This document shows positions 34,247 to 45,023 of a DNA stretch of 64,000 nt, piece after piece. Source of the DNA: Thermoanaerobaculia bacterium (GTDB taxonomy: Bacteria; Acidobacteriota; Thermoanaerobaculia; UBA5066). Every line of letters begins with the position of its first letter. Within the stretch, counting starts at the first letter, position 1. A model generated the notes under the pieces. It searched no databases and was not told the origin of the DNA. It was given only the letters and a program-made list of their open reading frames with translations. The DNA is taken from positions 484,341-548,340 of the forward strand of contig JASNYI010000001.1 in the NCBI GenBank assembly GCA_048500275.1. Reading direction: 5' to 3'. The position numbers and the translations under genes were made by a program.

Positions 34247-34558
34247 ATGCCGACCTACGTGCTGATGACGAAGCTGACCCCCGCGGCGCTCCAGGGGACC
34301 TCGGGCCGCAGGGCCGCCGGGCACGACTGGAAGAAGAGAGTGGACGAGGTCTGCCCCGGGATCCGCTGGATCGCCCACTACGCCCTCCTCGGCCCGTACG
34401 ACTTCATGGACGTCTACGAGGCCCCGGATGGCGAGACCGCGTTCCGCGTCTCGCTCCTCTCTCGCGAGAACGGGGCGCTCTCGGCCGAGAGCTGGCCCGC
34501 CGTCGCGTACCCCGACTTCCTCGGGATCGCCGACGCCGTCGAGGGCAGGAAGGGCTGA
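34247..34558 (+). CDS. GYD domain protein
   Basis: The 103-aa protein has the HYALLGPYDFMDVYEAPD (GYD) signature. A strong Shine-Dalgarno (gaggagg) sits 7 nt upstream. Confidence 0.75.
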   Translation: MPTYVLMTKLTPAALQGTSGRRAAGHDWKKRVDEVCPGIRWIAHYALLGPYDFMDVYEAPDGETAFRVSLLSRENGALSAESWPAVAYPDFLGIADAVEGRKG

Positions 34559-34577
34559 CGGGGCGGCGGGAGCCGCC

Positions 34578-35045
34578 TCAGCCCGGCCCGAGCGGCGGCG
34601 CGCCGCCGGCCGCCGGCTGCTCGCGCAGCCGGAACCAGCGGAGCCCTCTCGGGACGATGCCGAGGACGATGACGGCGATCGCCAGCCCCGCCAGGACGAG
34701 GAAGTCGCCGAGGTTCCGGCCGAGGAAGAAGAGGACGAGGCCCAGGATCGCCGAGGCCTCCGCGAGGGCGAGCGCGAAGATCGTCCGCCGGAGGAACGCC
34801 TCGAACCCCAGCGCCTTCTCGGGGTCCGTCCCGACGCGCGGCGCGACGCGCAGGGCGGCCCAGGAGGCGAGGAAGGCGGACCCGTAGAACACGAAGCGCA
34901 GGGTCGTCGGAGGCGGGTCGGCGGGGGTCGCGGAGGTCGAGAGGACGAAGAAGGCGACGACGGCGTAGAAGGGGATCGACGCGGTCAGCCCCGCGACGAG
35001 GATCATCCAGCGGACCTTCTCGGGAAGGGGCAGCGGTCGGGCCAT
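34578..35045 (-). CDS. Hypothetical membrane protein (4 predicted TM helices)
   Basis: This is the C-terminal 155 aa of ORF 34578..36638(-), starting MARPLPLPEKVRWMILVAGLTASIPFYAVVAFFVL. The rest of the long ORF is antisense to the alkA-like gene. Confidence 0.5.
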   Translation of the reverse strand: MARPLPLPEKVRWMILVAGLTASIPFYAVVAFFVLSTSATPADPPPTTLRFVFYGSAFLASWAALRVAPRVGTDPEKALGFEAFLRRTIFALALAEASAILGLVLFFLGRNLGDFLVLAGLAIAVIVLGIVPRGLRWFRLREQPAAGGAPPLGPG

Positions 35046-35151
35046 GGCGCTCTCCCCGCCCACCATACTCCGCAGCCGGCGCTTCGGCACGCCCTGCAAG
35101 CCACGTCCGAATTCCGCCAGACGGGAACGCCCGGCTGGGATATCACTCGCA

Positions 35152-36617
35152 CCGTGGAGATCGACCGGGATTCCTGCCTCGCCGCCTTCCTCGGCCGGGA
35201 CCGCCGTTTCGCGGGGCGGTTCTACGCGGGCGTGACGACGACCGGCGTCTACTGCCGGCCCGGCTGCCCGGCGCCGCTTCCGAAGCCGCGCAACGTCCGT
35301 TTCTTCGCGTGCGCCGCCGCCGCCGAGGACGCCGGCTTCCGGGCCTGCCGGCGGTGCCGCCCCGAAACGGCCCCCGGGACCCCCGCCTGGACCGGAACCT
35401 CGGCGACCGTGGCGCGGGCCCTCCGGCAGATCGAGGCGGGCCACGCCGACGGAGCGCCCGTCGGCGCGCTCGCGTCCCGGCTCGGCGTCGGGGAGCGGCA
35501 GCTGCGTCGCCTCTTTGCCGGTCACCTCGGGGCCTCCCCCGTCGCCGTCGCGCGCACGCGGCGGCTTCACTTCGCACGTCGGCTCCTCGACGACACGTCG
35601 CTCCGGATGTCCGACGTGGCGCTGGCGGCCGGCTTCTCGAGCGTGAGGCGATTCAACGAGGCGATGCGGGCCGCGTTCGGCCAGGCTCCGAGCGCGCTGC
35701 GCCGCTCTGCCGCTCACGCTCCCGGCGCCCCCGGCATCGCGCTCCGGCTCTCCTTCCGCACCCCGTTCGACGGCCGCGCCCTCTTCTCGTTCCTCTCCGC
35801 GCGCGCCCTGCCGGGCGTCGAGGAGGTCCTGGACGGTCGCTACCGTCGGACGGCGGAGCTCGGGGGCTCGGCCGGCCTCGTGGAGGCGGTCGTGGACGAA
35901 GGACGCGGCGCCCTCCTCCTGCGGCTGACGGGCTTCCCGCCGACCGCGGCCCTCGAGGCGACGCGGCGCGCCGGCCGCCTCTTCGACCTCGACGCCGACC
36001 CGGCCGCGATCGCCGCGCACCTCTCGTCCGACCCGCTCCTCGCGCCTCTTCTCGCCCGCCGCCCCGGGCTGCGCGCCCCCGGCGCGTGGGACCCTTTCGA
36101 GACCTCGGTGAGGACGATCCTCGGGCAGCAGGTCTCCGTCCGGGCCGCGCGGACCCTGGCCGCCCGGCTCGTGTCGCGGTTCGGCCGGCCGCTCCCTCCG
36201 GCCCTCGCGAAAGAGGGGCTCTCGCACCTCTTCCCGTCCGCGGCCGACCTCGCCGAGGCCGACGTCGCCTCGATCGGCCTGCCCTCCCGGCGCGGAGAAG
36301 CCATCCGTTCCTTCGCGCGCGCCGTGGCCCGGGGACAGGTCGACCTCGGACCGGCCGCGTCCCTCGACGACGCCGTCTCGCGGCTCGCCGGGATGCCGGG
36401 CATCGGCCCCTGGACCGCCCAGCTGATCGCCCTGCGCGCCCTCGGCGAGCCCGACGCCCTGCCGGCGGGCGACCTCGGGCTGCGCCAGGCGCTGGCCCGG
36501 GGCGGCCCGCTTCCTTCCGCGACGACCGTGGAGTCCCGGGCCCGTGCGTGGCGCCCGTGGCGCTCCTACGCCCTGATCCACCTCTGGACCGAGCTCGCCA
36601 GCCAGGAGGCCCCATGA
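35152..36617 (+). CDS. alkA: Ada N-terminal (Zn, Cys4 methylphosphotriester-repair / AraC HTH) fused to AlkA-like DNA-3-methyladenine glycosylase II
   Basis: The Cys4 cluster GVYCRPGCPAP...FFAC...CRRC belongs to the Ada Zn domain. An AraC-type HTH follows (GALASRLGVGERQLRRLF). An HhH-GPD glycosylase domain is present (GMPGIGPWTAQLIALRALGEPDALPAGDLGL). The start is uncertain. The GTG at 35152 is in frame, and no upstream ATG precedes the Ada domain. Confidence 0.7.
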
Positions 36618-37123
36618 CCACGCCGCTCGAGACCGCAACCGTCGCGACCCCTTCCGGGGACTTCTTCCTCGCGGCCCGGAACGGGGCGCTCGTCGCCGCC
36701 GGGTTCGCCGACTTCGCCGGCCGCCTCCTCTCCCGCCTCGAGGCGCGGCTCGGCCCGCTCGAGCTCCGCGAGTCGCCCGACCCCGCGGGCGCCGTCTCGG
36801 CGCTGGGCCGCTATCTCGACGGAGAGCTGGCGGCTCTCGACGGCGTCGCGGTGGACCTCGGCGGGACCGCGTTCCAGCGGGACGTCTGGGCGGCGCTCCG
36901 CGGGATTCCCCCGGGCGTCTCGATCACCTACGCCGAGCTGGCCCGCCGCGTCGGCCGGCCCCGGGCCGTGAGGGCGGTCGGCGGCGCGAACGCCGCGAAC
37001 CCGGTGTCTCTCTTCGTGCCCTGCCACAGGGTCGTCGGCAGCGACGGCCTGCGCGGCTACGGCGGAGGGGTGCCGCGCAAGGAGTGGCTCCTCGCGCACG
37101 AGGGGGCGGCGGCGCCCGCCTGA
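36614..37123 (+). CDS. ogt: O6-methylguanine-DNA-protein-cysteine methyltransferase
   Basis: The PCHRVV active-site motif is present, and the ATG overlaps the alkA stop (ATGA). The protein is 169 aa. Confidence 0.85.
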   Translation: MTTPLETATVATPSGDFFLAARNGALVAAGFADFAGRLLSRLEARLGPLELRESPDPAGAVSALGRYLDGELAALDGVAVDLGGTAFQRDVWAALRGIPPGVSITYAELARRVGRPRAVRAVGGANAANPVSLFVPCHRVVGSDGLRGYGGGVPRKEWLLAHEGAAAPA

Positions 37124-37154
37124 GGACGGGCGCGGGGCGCGCCGCCCGGGCGCG

Positions 37155-37688
37155 TCAGCCGGGGCAGCCGGAGGCGCTCCAGATCCGCCTGAGCTGCGCG
37201 TCGTGGTGCCGCGCGTGCTCGTCGAGGAAGGTGAGCGTCCCCGCGGCGTCGAGCGGACCGCCGATCGGGTGACGGAAGAAGAGGGCGTCGAGGCGCTCGT
37301 CGGGCAGGCCGGCGAGCGTCTCCCGAAGGCCCCCGCGCACGGCTCGCCAGCGCGTCTCGAGCTCGGGGAGCGGGAACGTCTCCGCGGGGACGACCTGCGG
37401 CGCCGGGGCCCCGAAGCGCGCCGGGGACCTCAGGACGAGGACGAGGAAGGCGAGCTTGGCGCGGTCGAGGAGGCCGACGGGCTGCGGCGGACCCTGCAGC
37501 TTCTTTCGCGCGTAGCCGAGGACCCCCTCCTCCACGAGGACGAGGTGCTGGACCACGTCCAGCGCGCACCAGCCCTTCCCTTCCGGGCGGAAAGCGAGCC
37601 GCTCGGCGCTCTCGATGGCGAGGGCGCCCAGGAGGGCGTCCTTCCAGTCGTCCATGTCGTCGAGACGCCGTTCGAGTCCCTTCTGCAT
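37155..37688 (-). CDS. DinB/YfiT-family (DinB_2) metal-dependent hydrolase-like protein
   Basis: The 177-aa protein starts at MQKGLE and carries His motifs (VVQHLVLVEE; DEHARHHDAQL) typical of the DinB_2 four-helix bundle. The upstream part of ORF 37155..38195 is junk. Confidence 0.6.
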   Translation of the reverse strand: MQKGLERRLDDMDDWKDALLGALAIESAERLAFRPEGKGWCALDVVQHLVLVEEGVLGYARKKLQGPPQPVGLLDRAKLAFLVLVLRSPARFGAPAPQVVPAETFPLPELETRWRAVRGGLRETLAGLPDERLDALFFRHPIGGPLDAAGTLTFLDEHARHHDAQLRRIWSASGCPG

Positions 37689-37726
37689 GGCGCGGAGTCT
37701 CCCACGGAAGCCCCGCGCCCTGCCCG

Positions 37727-40237
37727 TCAGTGCGCCGCCGGCGTCTCCTTCCCGCCGCTCGGGGCCTCTTCGCCGAAGAGGAGCTGCCCCCTCTCGATGC
37801 GGCCCCGGAGCGAGACGGCGAGGGCTTCGCCCAGGTCCTGCACCGCGACGACCTCGAGGCTCTCGCGGACCTCCTGGGGCAGGTCGTCGAGGTCGGGGAC
37901 GTTGTCCTTCGGGAGGACGATGGTCCGGATCCCCGCGCGGACCGCGCCGAGGAGCTTCTCCTTCACGCCGCCGATCGGCAGGACCCGCCCCGAGAGCGTC
38001 ACCTCGCCCGTCATCGCCACGTCGCGCCGGCAGGGGCGCTTCGAGAGGGCCGAGACGAGCGCCGAGGCCATCGCGACGCCCGCCGAGGGGCCGTCCTTCG
38101 GGATCGCCCCCGCGGGGACGTGGATGTGCAGGTCGCGCTCGAAGGCCGTGTCGTCGATCCCGAGGAGCGGGGCGTGCGAGCGGGCGAACGTCCACGCCGC
38201 GCGGGCCGATTCCTTCATGACGTCGCCGAGCTGGCCGGTCAGGAGGACCTCCCCCTTCCCTCGCATCAGCGCCGCCTCGATGAACATGATGTCGCCCCCC
38301 GCGGGGGTGTAGTACATCCCGGTCGCGAGCCCGACCTGGTCCTCGAGGACCATCTTCTCGGGCTGGATCTTCTTCTTCCCGAGGAGCGCGGCGACGTCGG
38401 GGGCGTCGACGACGAGCGTCTCGACCTCGCCCGCGGCGATCCGCCGCGCGACCTTGCGGCCCAGCTTGCCGAGCTCGCGCTCGAGCTGCCTCACGCCCGC
38501 CTCGCGGGTGTAGGAAGAGATGACCTCGGCGAGCGCGGCGTCGGTCACCTCGAGCTGCCCGGCGGTGAGGCCGTTCTCGGCGACCTGCCTCGGGAGGAGG
38601 TAGTTCCGCGCGATCAGCGTCTTCTCGCGCTCCGTGTAGCCCGAGAACTCGATCACCTCGAGGCGGTCGAGGAGCGGGCCGGGAATCGACTGTACGAAGT
38701 TCGCCGTCGCGATGAAGAGGACCTCCGAGAGGTCGTAGGGGACGTTGAGGTAGTGGTCGGTGAAGCTGTCGTTCTGGGCCGGGTCGAGGACCTCGAGGAG
38801 CGCCGAGGCCGGATCGCCCTGGAACGACACGCCGAGCTTGTCGACCTCGTCGAGGAGGAAGACCGGGTTCTTCGTCCCCGCCTGCCGCATCCCCTGGACG
38901 ATCCGGCCGGGCATCGCGCCGACGTACGTCCTCCTGTGGCCGCGGATATCGGCCTCGTCGCGGGCGCCCCCGAGCGAGATCCGCACGTACTTTCGCCCGA
39001 GGGCGCGCGCGATCGACTTGGCGATCGAGGTCTTGCCAACGCCTGGAGGCCCGGCGAAAAGGAGGATTCGGCCCCGGTTCGGCTGCTTCTTCTCCGCAGC
39101 CTCCTTCGACGGAGCCTCCGGCGACGCTCCGGGAGACGCCGTCTCTCCCGCCGCGACCTCGCCCTTCTCCCCGCCCTCGGCGGGCACCGCGGCTTCCGCC
39201 GGCTTGCGGCCGAGGAGCTGGCGGACCGCAAGGAACTCGAGGATCCGGTCCTTCACGTCCTTCAGCGCGTAGTGGTCCTCGTCCAGGATCCGCTCGGCCT
39301 CGACGACGTCGAGGTGCTCCTCGCTACGGGCCGACCAGGGGAGCTCGGCGACGAGCTCGAGGTAGTTGCGGAGGACCTGTGCCTCCATCGACTCGCGGGA
39401 GAGGCGGTGGAGCTTCTTCCACTCGCGGTCGATCTCCTTGCGGACCTCCTCCGTCAGCACGAGCGCGTCGAGCTTCTCCTTGAGCCCCTTCAGGTCGTCG
39501 CCCTCGTCCTCCCCCTCTCCCAGCTCCTTCTGGATCGCCTTGAGCTGCTGCCGGAGGAACATCTCGCGCTGCCGGTCGCCCAGCTCCTCCTGGACCTTCG
39601 ACTTGATCTCCTCCTGCGCGTCGAGGACGTCGATCTGCCGCTGGACGTGGACCAGCGTCCGCCGCACGCGGTCCTCGACGGAGAGCGTCTCGAGGAGGAG
39701 CTGCCGTTCGGCGGTCGGGATGTCGATGTAGCCGGCGACGAGATCGGCGAGCCGGCCGGGGTCGTCGGCCTCGGAGAGGACGTTCGCGACGGCCTCGTCG
39801 GGGAGGCCGAGCTTCCTCGCCAGCTCCGCCGACCGTTCCTTCAGCTCCTTCAGGAGCGCGACGAACGCCGTGTTCGCCACGTCGAGCGGCGCCATCTCCG
39901 ACGCCTCGACGACGACCGCCTCGAGGCGGCCGTCCTTCTCCTGGATCCGCATCGCGATCCCGCGTGACTTCCCCTGGAGGAGGAGCCGCGCGCCTCCTAC
40001 GCCGCGCTGGATCGGCCCGATCGAGGCGATCGTCCCCACCGTGTGGAGGAGCTCGGGAGTCACGGCCTCGACGTCCTGCCGCTGCGTGAGCGCAAAGACG
40101 AGCTGCTCCGGGCTCTTCATCGCCGTCTCGATGGCGTGAAGGGTGCCGGGGCGGCCGGCGGCAATCGGGAAGCTGACCCCCGGAAAGAGGACGGCGTTAC
40201 GAAGAGGGATGACCGGGAGAGTCTGGGACGGCTGCAT
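37727..40237 (-). CDS. lon: ATP-dependent Lon protease
   Basis: The protein is 836 aa. Walker A is GPPGVGKTS. The catalytic Ser is in the PKDGPSAGVAMASAL block, and the catalytic Lys is in KEKLLGA. An N-terminal LON domain is present. Confidence 0.95.
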   Translation of the reverse strand: MQPSQTLPVIPLRNAVLFPGVSFPIAAGRPGTLHAIETAMKSPEQLVFALTQRQDVEAVTPELLHTVGTIASIGPIQRGVGGARLLLQGKSRGIAMRIQEKDGRLEAVVVEASEMAPLDVANTAFVALLKELKERSAELARKLGLPDEAVANVLSEADDPGRLADLVAGYIDIPTAERQLLLETLSVEDRVRRTLVHVQRQIDVLDAQEEIKSKVQEELGDRQREMFLRQQLKAIQKELGEGEDEGDDLKGLKEKLDALVLTEEVRKEIDREWKKLHRLSRESMEAQVLRNYLELVAELPWSARSEEHLDVVEAERILDEDHYALKDVKDRILEFLAVRQLLGRKPAEAAVPAEGGEKGEVAAGETASPGASPEAPSKEAAEKKQPNRGRILLFAGPPGVGKTSIAKSIARALGRKYVRISLGGARDEADIRGHRRTYVGAMPGRIVQGMRQAGTKNPVFLLDEVDKLGVSFQGDPASALLEVLDPAQNDSFTDHYLNVPYDLSEVLFIATANFVQSIPGPLLDRLEVIEFSGYTEREKTLIARNYLLPRQVAENGLTAGQLEVTDAALAEVISSYTREAGVRQLERELGKLGRKVARRIAAGEVETLVVDAPDVAALLGKKKIQPEKMVLEDQVGLATGMYYTPAGGDIMFIEAALMRGKGEVLLTGQLGDVMKESARAAWTFARSHAPLLGIDDTAFERDLHIHVPAGAIPKDGPSAGVAMASALVSALSKRPCRRDVAMTGEVTLSGRVLPIGGVKEKLLGAVRAGIRTIVLPKDNVPDLDDLPQEVRESLEVVAVQDLGEALAVSLRGRIERGQLLFGEEAPSGGKETPAAH

Positions 40238-40330
40238 CTTGACCTTTCGAACCGATCTAACGCATCGGACTAAAGCTTGAAGATTAGCGCAAGTGGCTTA
40301 GATTTTCAAAGGACGGGGAAACTCGGACCG
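40238..40330 (-). promoter_or_regulatory. AT-rich lon upstream region with a sigma-32-like promoter candidate
   Basis: The minus-strand sequence is ccccgtcCTTTGAAAAtctaagccacttgcGCTAATCTtc...aaaggtcaagATG. The -35 element resembles the heat-shock CCCTTGAA box, the spacer is 14 nt, and the -10 element is degenerate. A CCGAT-N7-ATCGG palindrome lies in the leader. Confidence 0.3.
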
Positions 40331-40398
40331 TCTCCCGCGAAGTCGGTGGTGTTTCTCGGAACCCCTCCGGCTTCGTCGGGCCCCTCGTACAACCTCTT

Positions 40399-40785
40399 CT
40401 ACGGCTCGCGGGATTCCCTGGAGGTGGCAAGGGCCCCCTCCGCAGCCTCGCGAAAGGCCCGGGAGACCCCGCCGACACCCAGCTTGACGCCGCCGAAGAC
40501 GCGGGAGACGAGGAGCCCCCCCTCCAGATCCTCCCGCCGGAGGAGCTCGAGGAGGAGCCGGCCCGGGTGCCCCACCTCTCCGTCGTCCTTCGACTTCTCG
40601 ACGAGTGCACCGGAGGCGTCGCGCCCGCGGAAGGCCCAGCAGTGGTGGTTCGCCTTCCGGTGCTCCCCCTTCGCGGCCTTCACCGCGGCGAGGACGTCTT
40701 CCTCGCTCCCGGCCGGGAAGACGACGGCGAAGAAGCGCGACCGCTCGACGGTGGCCTTGAAGGACGCGACGCGGTGGACCCTCAC
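40399..40785 (-). CDS. YigZ/IMPACT-family N-terminal domain protein (UPF0029), short form
   Basis: The 128-aa protein has the blocks VERSRFFAVV, HRKANHHCWAFRG and VSRVFGGVKLGVGGVSRAF. These match the conserved YigZ N-terminal domain. The C-terminal domain found in full-length YigZ is absent. Confidence 0.65.
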   Translation of the reverse strand: MRVHRVASFKATVERSRFFAVVFPAGSEEDVLAAVKAAKGEHRKANHHCWAFRGRDASGALVEKSKDDGEVGHPGRLLLELLRREDLEGGLLVSRVFGGVKLGVGGVSRAFREAAEGALATSRESREP

Positions 40786-40840
40786 GCTCCGACGTTAGCA
40801 GGCACACCCCGTCTGGTGTAATCGCGGCCAGGAGGCCGAC

Positions 40841-41470
40841 CTGAGCACGAACCCCGCTTCCCCTCGGCGCGAGCCGCTCCTGCTTCTCGCCCTGGCGCTC
40901 GCCGCGCTCGTCGTTTCGGGCGTCGGCCCGAAGGACCGACTCACCTGGCTCCTCGAGGTGGCGCCGGTCCTGATCGGCGCACCGCTCCTCGTCGTCACCG
41001 CGCGGCGCTTCCCGATGACGCCGCTTCTCTACCGGCTGCTGTTCGTCCACGCCCTGATCCTCGTCCTCGGCGGCCACTACACCTACGCCGAGGTCCCGCT
41101 CGGCGAGTGGGCGAAGGAGACGTTCGGCTTCGCGAGGAACCACTACGACCGCCTCGGGCACCTGGCGCAAGGGTTCGTGCCCGCCATCCTGGCCCGCGAG
41201 ATCCTCCTGAGGAAGAGCCCCCTGCGCCAGGGGGGCTGGCTCTTCTGCCTGACGACGTCCGTCTGCCTCGCCTTCAGCGCGTTCTACGAGCTGATCGAGT
41301 GGGCGACGGCGCTCCTCTCGGGCGAGGCGGCCACCGCGTTCCTCGGAACGCAGGGAGACGTGTGGGACACGCAGTGGGACATGTTCCTCGCCCTCTGCGG
41401 CGCCCTGCTCGCCCAGGCCCTCCTCGCCCGCGTCCACGACCGTCAGCTCGCGCGACACGCCCTGCGCTGA
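40841..41470 (+). CDS. YjdF-like inner-membrane protein (DUF2238)
   Basis: The sequence TWLLEVAPVLIGAPLLVVTARRFPMTPLLYRLLFVHALILVLGGHYTYAEVPLGEW matches the conserved core of the YjdF family. The start is uncertain and probably a non-ATG (CTG or GTG) upstream of the tracked ATG at 40958. Confidence 0.55.
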   Translation: MSTNPASPRREPLLLLALALAALVVSGVGPKDRLTWLLEVAPVLIGAPLLVVTARRFPMTPLLYRLLFVHALILVLGGHYTYAEVPLGEWAKETFGFARNHYDRLGHLAQGFVPAILAREILLRKSPLRQGGWLFCLTTSVCLAFSAFYELIEWATALLSGEAATAFLGTQGDVWDTQWDMFLALCGALLAQALLARVHDRQLARHALR

Positions 41471-41571
41471 CGGCCCGAATCGAGATCCTCCTCCTGGCCG
41501 GGACCCGTCGCCCCGCGCCCGGTGCGACTCCCGGTTCCGGAATCGTCGCGAACCGTCCACCGGCGGTCCCA

Positions 41572-41605
41572 CGTGAAACGGCCCGGCTTCGCGAGAAGCC
41601 GGGCC
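41572..41605 (-). terminator. Rho-independent terminator downstream of groEL
   Basis: A perfect 12-bp GC-rich stem (cggcccggcttc / gaagccgggccg) with a GCGA loop is followed on the minus strand by TTTCAC. Confidence 0.55.
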
Positions 41606-41689
41606 GTCGGGTCTGCCTGTGAATCCTGGGCTTTCCTCCCGAGGAGGGGGTCCGGGGGAATCCCGCTCGGCGGGTTCCCCCGGTTCACT

Positions 41690-43339
<1,650 letters not shown>

Positions 43340-43633
43340 TTACTTCTCGTCGACGATGGCCAGGACCTCGTCCTCGCGGAGGATGAGGAGCTCCTGGTCG
43401 TCGATCTTGATCTCGGTGCCGGCGTACTTGCCGATGAGAATCCGGTCGCCCGCCTTGACGGTGAGGGCCACGCGCTTGCCGTTGTCGTCGAACTTGCCGT
43501 CGCCGACGGCCTCGACCGTGGCCTCCATCGGCTTCTCCTTGGCGGTGTCGGGGATGATGATCCCGCCGCGGACCTGCTCCTTGGCTTCGACCCTCTTGAC
43601 GAGGATCCGGTCGTAAAGGGGACGGATCTTCAT
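43340..43633 (-). CDS. groES: Co-chaperonin GroES (Cpn10)
   Basis: The 97-aa protein reads [35 protein letters not shown]... and lies 15 nt upstream of groEL. Confidence 0.95.
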   Translation of the reverse strand: MKIRPLYDRILVKRVEAKEQVRGGIIIPDTAKEKPMEATVEAVGDGKFDDNGKRVALTVKAGDRILIGKYAGTEIKIDDQELLILREDEVLAIVDEK

Positions 43634-43701
43634 TGCGATCTCCTTCTCGGGTTTTGGTTTATCGGGGCGTTTCGCCCCTGTTGGGGTCCTAGCGACGCTC
43701 G

Positions 43702-43728
43702 TTGGCACTCGCGGGCGGCGAGTGCCAA
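43702..43728 (-). promoter_or_regulatory. CIRCE (HrcA operator) inverted repeat TTGGCACTC-N9-GAGTGCCAA
   Basis: A perfect 9-bp inverted repeat with a 9-bp spacer matches the CIRCE consensus TTAGCACTC-N9-GAGTGCTAA with an A-to-G variant. It is positioned between the putative promoter and the groES start. Confidence 0.8.
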
Positions 43729-43731
43729 GAA

Positions 43732-43759
43732 CTTATAACCTGCGTGCGTCCTTGTCAAG
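43732..43759 (-). promoter_or_regulatory. Putative sigma-70-type groESL promoter
   Basis: The minus strand reads cCTTGACAaggacgcacgcaggtTATAAGttc. The -35 element is TTGACA or CTTGAC, the spacer is 15-16 nt, and the -10 element is TATAAG. The promoter lies immediately upstream of CIRCE. Confidence 0.45.
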
Positions 43760-43803
43760 GGCGGAAGAATCGGCCCTCGGAAGGCCCGCCAGGATCCGGG
43801 CCC

Positions 43804-44961
43804 CTACTCTCTCGAGAACTGGGCCAGGTGATAGGCGAGAAACGCCTTCTGGGACGCCGCGAGCTCCGGAAACACCGGCAAGGCAAGGGTTTCCATCGCC
43901 GCCCGCTCGGCCTCCGGGAAATCCCCGGGCTTCCCGCCGAGGTCCGCGAAGCACTCCTGAAGGTGGAGCGGAACCGGGTAGTAGACGGCGTGCCCTATCT
44001 TCAGCTGCGCGAGGCGCTCTTTCAGCTCGTCCCGACGGCCGCGGGCCACCCGGACGACGAACTGGTTGTAGACGTGATGCCGGCCGGGCACCTCGCGGGG
44101 GAACTCGATGCCCCCTTCGCCGAAGGTCCGGCCGCCGTGCTCGAGGTAGCGCCGCTCGATCTCGGCGGCGTTCTGCCTCCGCCCCTCGGCCCACGAGTCG
44201 AGGTGCGGCAGCTTCACGTGGAGGACGACCGCCTGGAGCGCGTCGAGGCGGAAGTTCCCGCCGACGAGCTTGTGGTGGTAGCGGCTCGTCTCGCCGTGCA
44301 TCCGGAGTGCCCGCAGCGTCGCGGCGTGCCCGTCGTCGTTCGTCGTCACCATGCCGCCGTCGCCGAAGCCGCCGAGGTTCTTCGACGGGAAGAACGAGAA
44401 CGCGCCGAAGTCGCCGAGGGCACCCGCCTTCTTCCCTTTGTACGCCGCGCCGAGCGACTGGCAGGCGTCCTCGATGACCGGGATCCCCTTCGCCTTCGCG
44501 ACGCCGAGGATCGGGTCCATGTCGGCGCACTGCCCGTAGAGGTGGACCGGCTGGATCGCCTTCGTCCGAGGCGTGATCACCGCGGCGAGCTTCTCGGGAT
44601 CGACGTTGCAGGTGACCGGGTCGATGTCGCAGAAGACGGGCCGCGCCCCGAGCCTCACGACGGCGCCCGCGCTCGCGAAGAACGTGTAGGGCGAGGTGAC
44701 GACGTCGTCTCCGGGCCCGATGCCGAGCGCCATCATCGCGGCGAGCTGGGCGTCGGTGCCGGACGACATGCCGATCGCGTGCTTCACGCCGACGTAGTCC
44801 GCGATCGCCTTCTCGAACGCCTCGACTTTCGGGCCGAGGATGAAGCCCTGGCTCTCGAAGAGCTCGTCCGTCGCCGCGCGAATGTCGTCGCGGAGGGTGG
44901 CGTACTGCTTCTTCAGGTCGAGGAGGGGGACGGGGACGGCGAGCGGCATCGTCGGTTCCAT
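43804..44961 (-). CDS. DegT/DnrJ/EryC1/StrS-family PLP-dependent sugar aminotransferase
   Basis: The sequence MEPTMPLAVPVPLLDLKKQYATLRDDIRAATDELFESQGFILGPKVEAFEKAIADYVGVKHAIGMSSGTDAQ...FSFFPSKNLG (the PLP-lysine region FFPSKNLG) identifies the family. It is the C-terminal 386 aa of ORF 43804..45792. Confidence 0.85.
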   Translation of the reverse strand: MEPTMPLAVPVPLLDLKKQYATLRDDIRAATDELFESQGFILGPKVEAFEKAIADYVGVKHAIGMSSGTDAQLAAMMALGIGPGDDVVTSPYTFFASAGAVVRLGARPVFCDIDPVTCNVDPEKLAAVITPRTKAIQPVHLYGQCADMDPILGVAKAKGIPVIEDACQSLGAAYKGKKAGALGDFGAFSFFPSKNLGGFGDGGMVTTNDDGHAATLRALRMHGETSRYHHKLVGGNFRLDALQAVVLHVKLPHLDSWAEGRRQNAAEIERRYLEHGGRTFGEGGIEFPREVPGRHHVYNQFVVRVARGRRDELKERLAQLKIGHAVYYPVPLHLQECFADLGGKPGDFPEAERAAMETLALPVFPELAASQKAFLAYHLAQFSRE

Positions 44962-45023
44962 AACGGCCGCGAAGCATACGACGGCCCCCGTCGCCCCGCC
45001 TACGGCGGACTGCCCCCGAAGCT

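Noticed and set aside
43702-43728. A sigma-54 promoter reading of TTGGCAC… in CIRCE and in the pfa1/TetR repeats.
   Set aside because: The TGGCAC is present, but the TTGC(A/T) -12 element at the required N5 spacing is absent. The CIRCE interpretation, a perfect inverted repeat upstream of groES, fits better.
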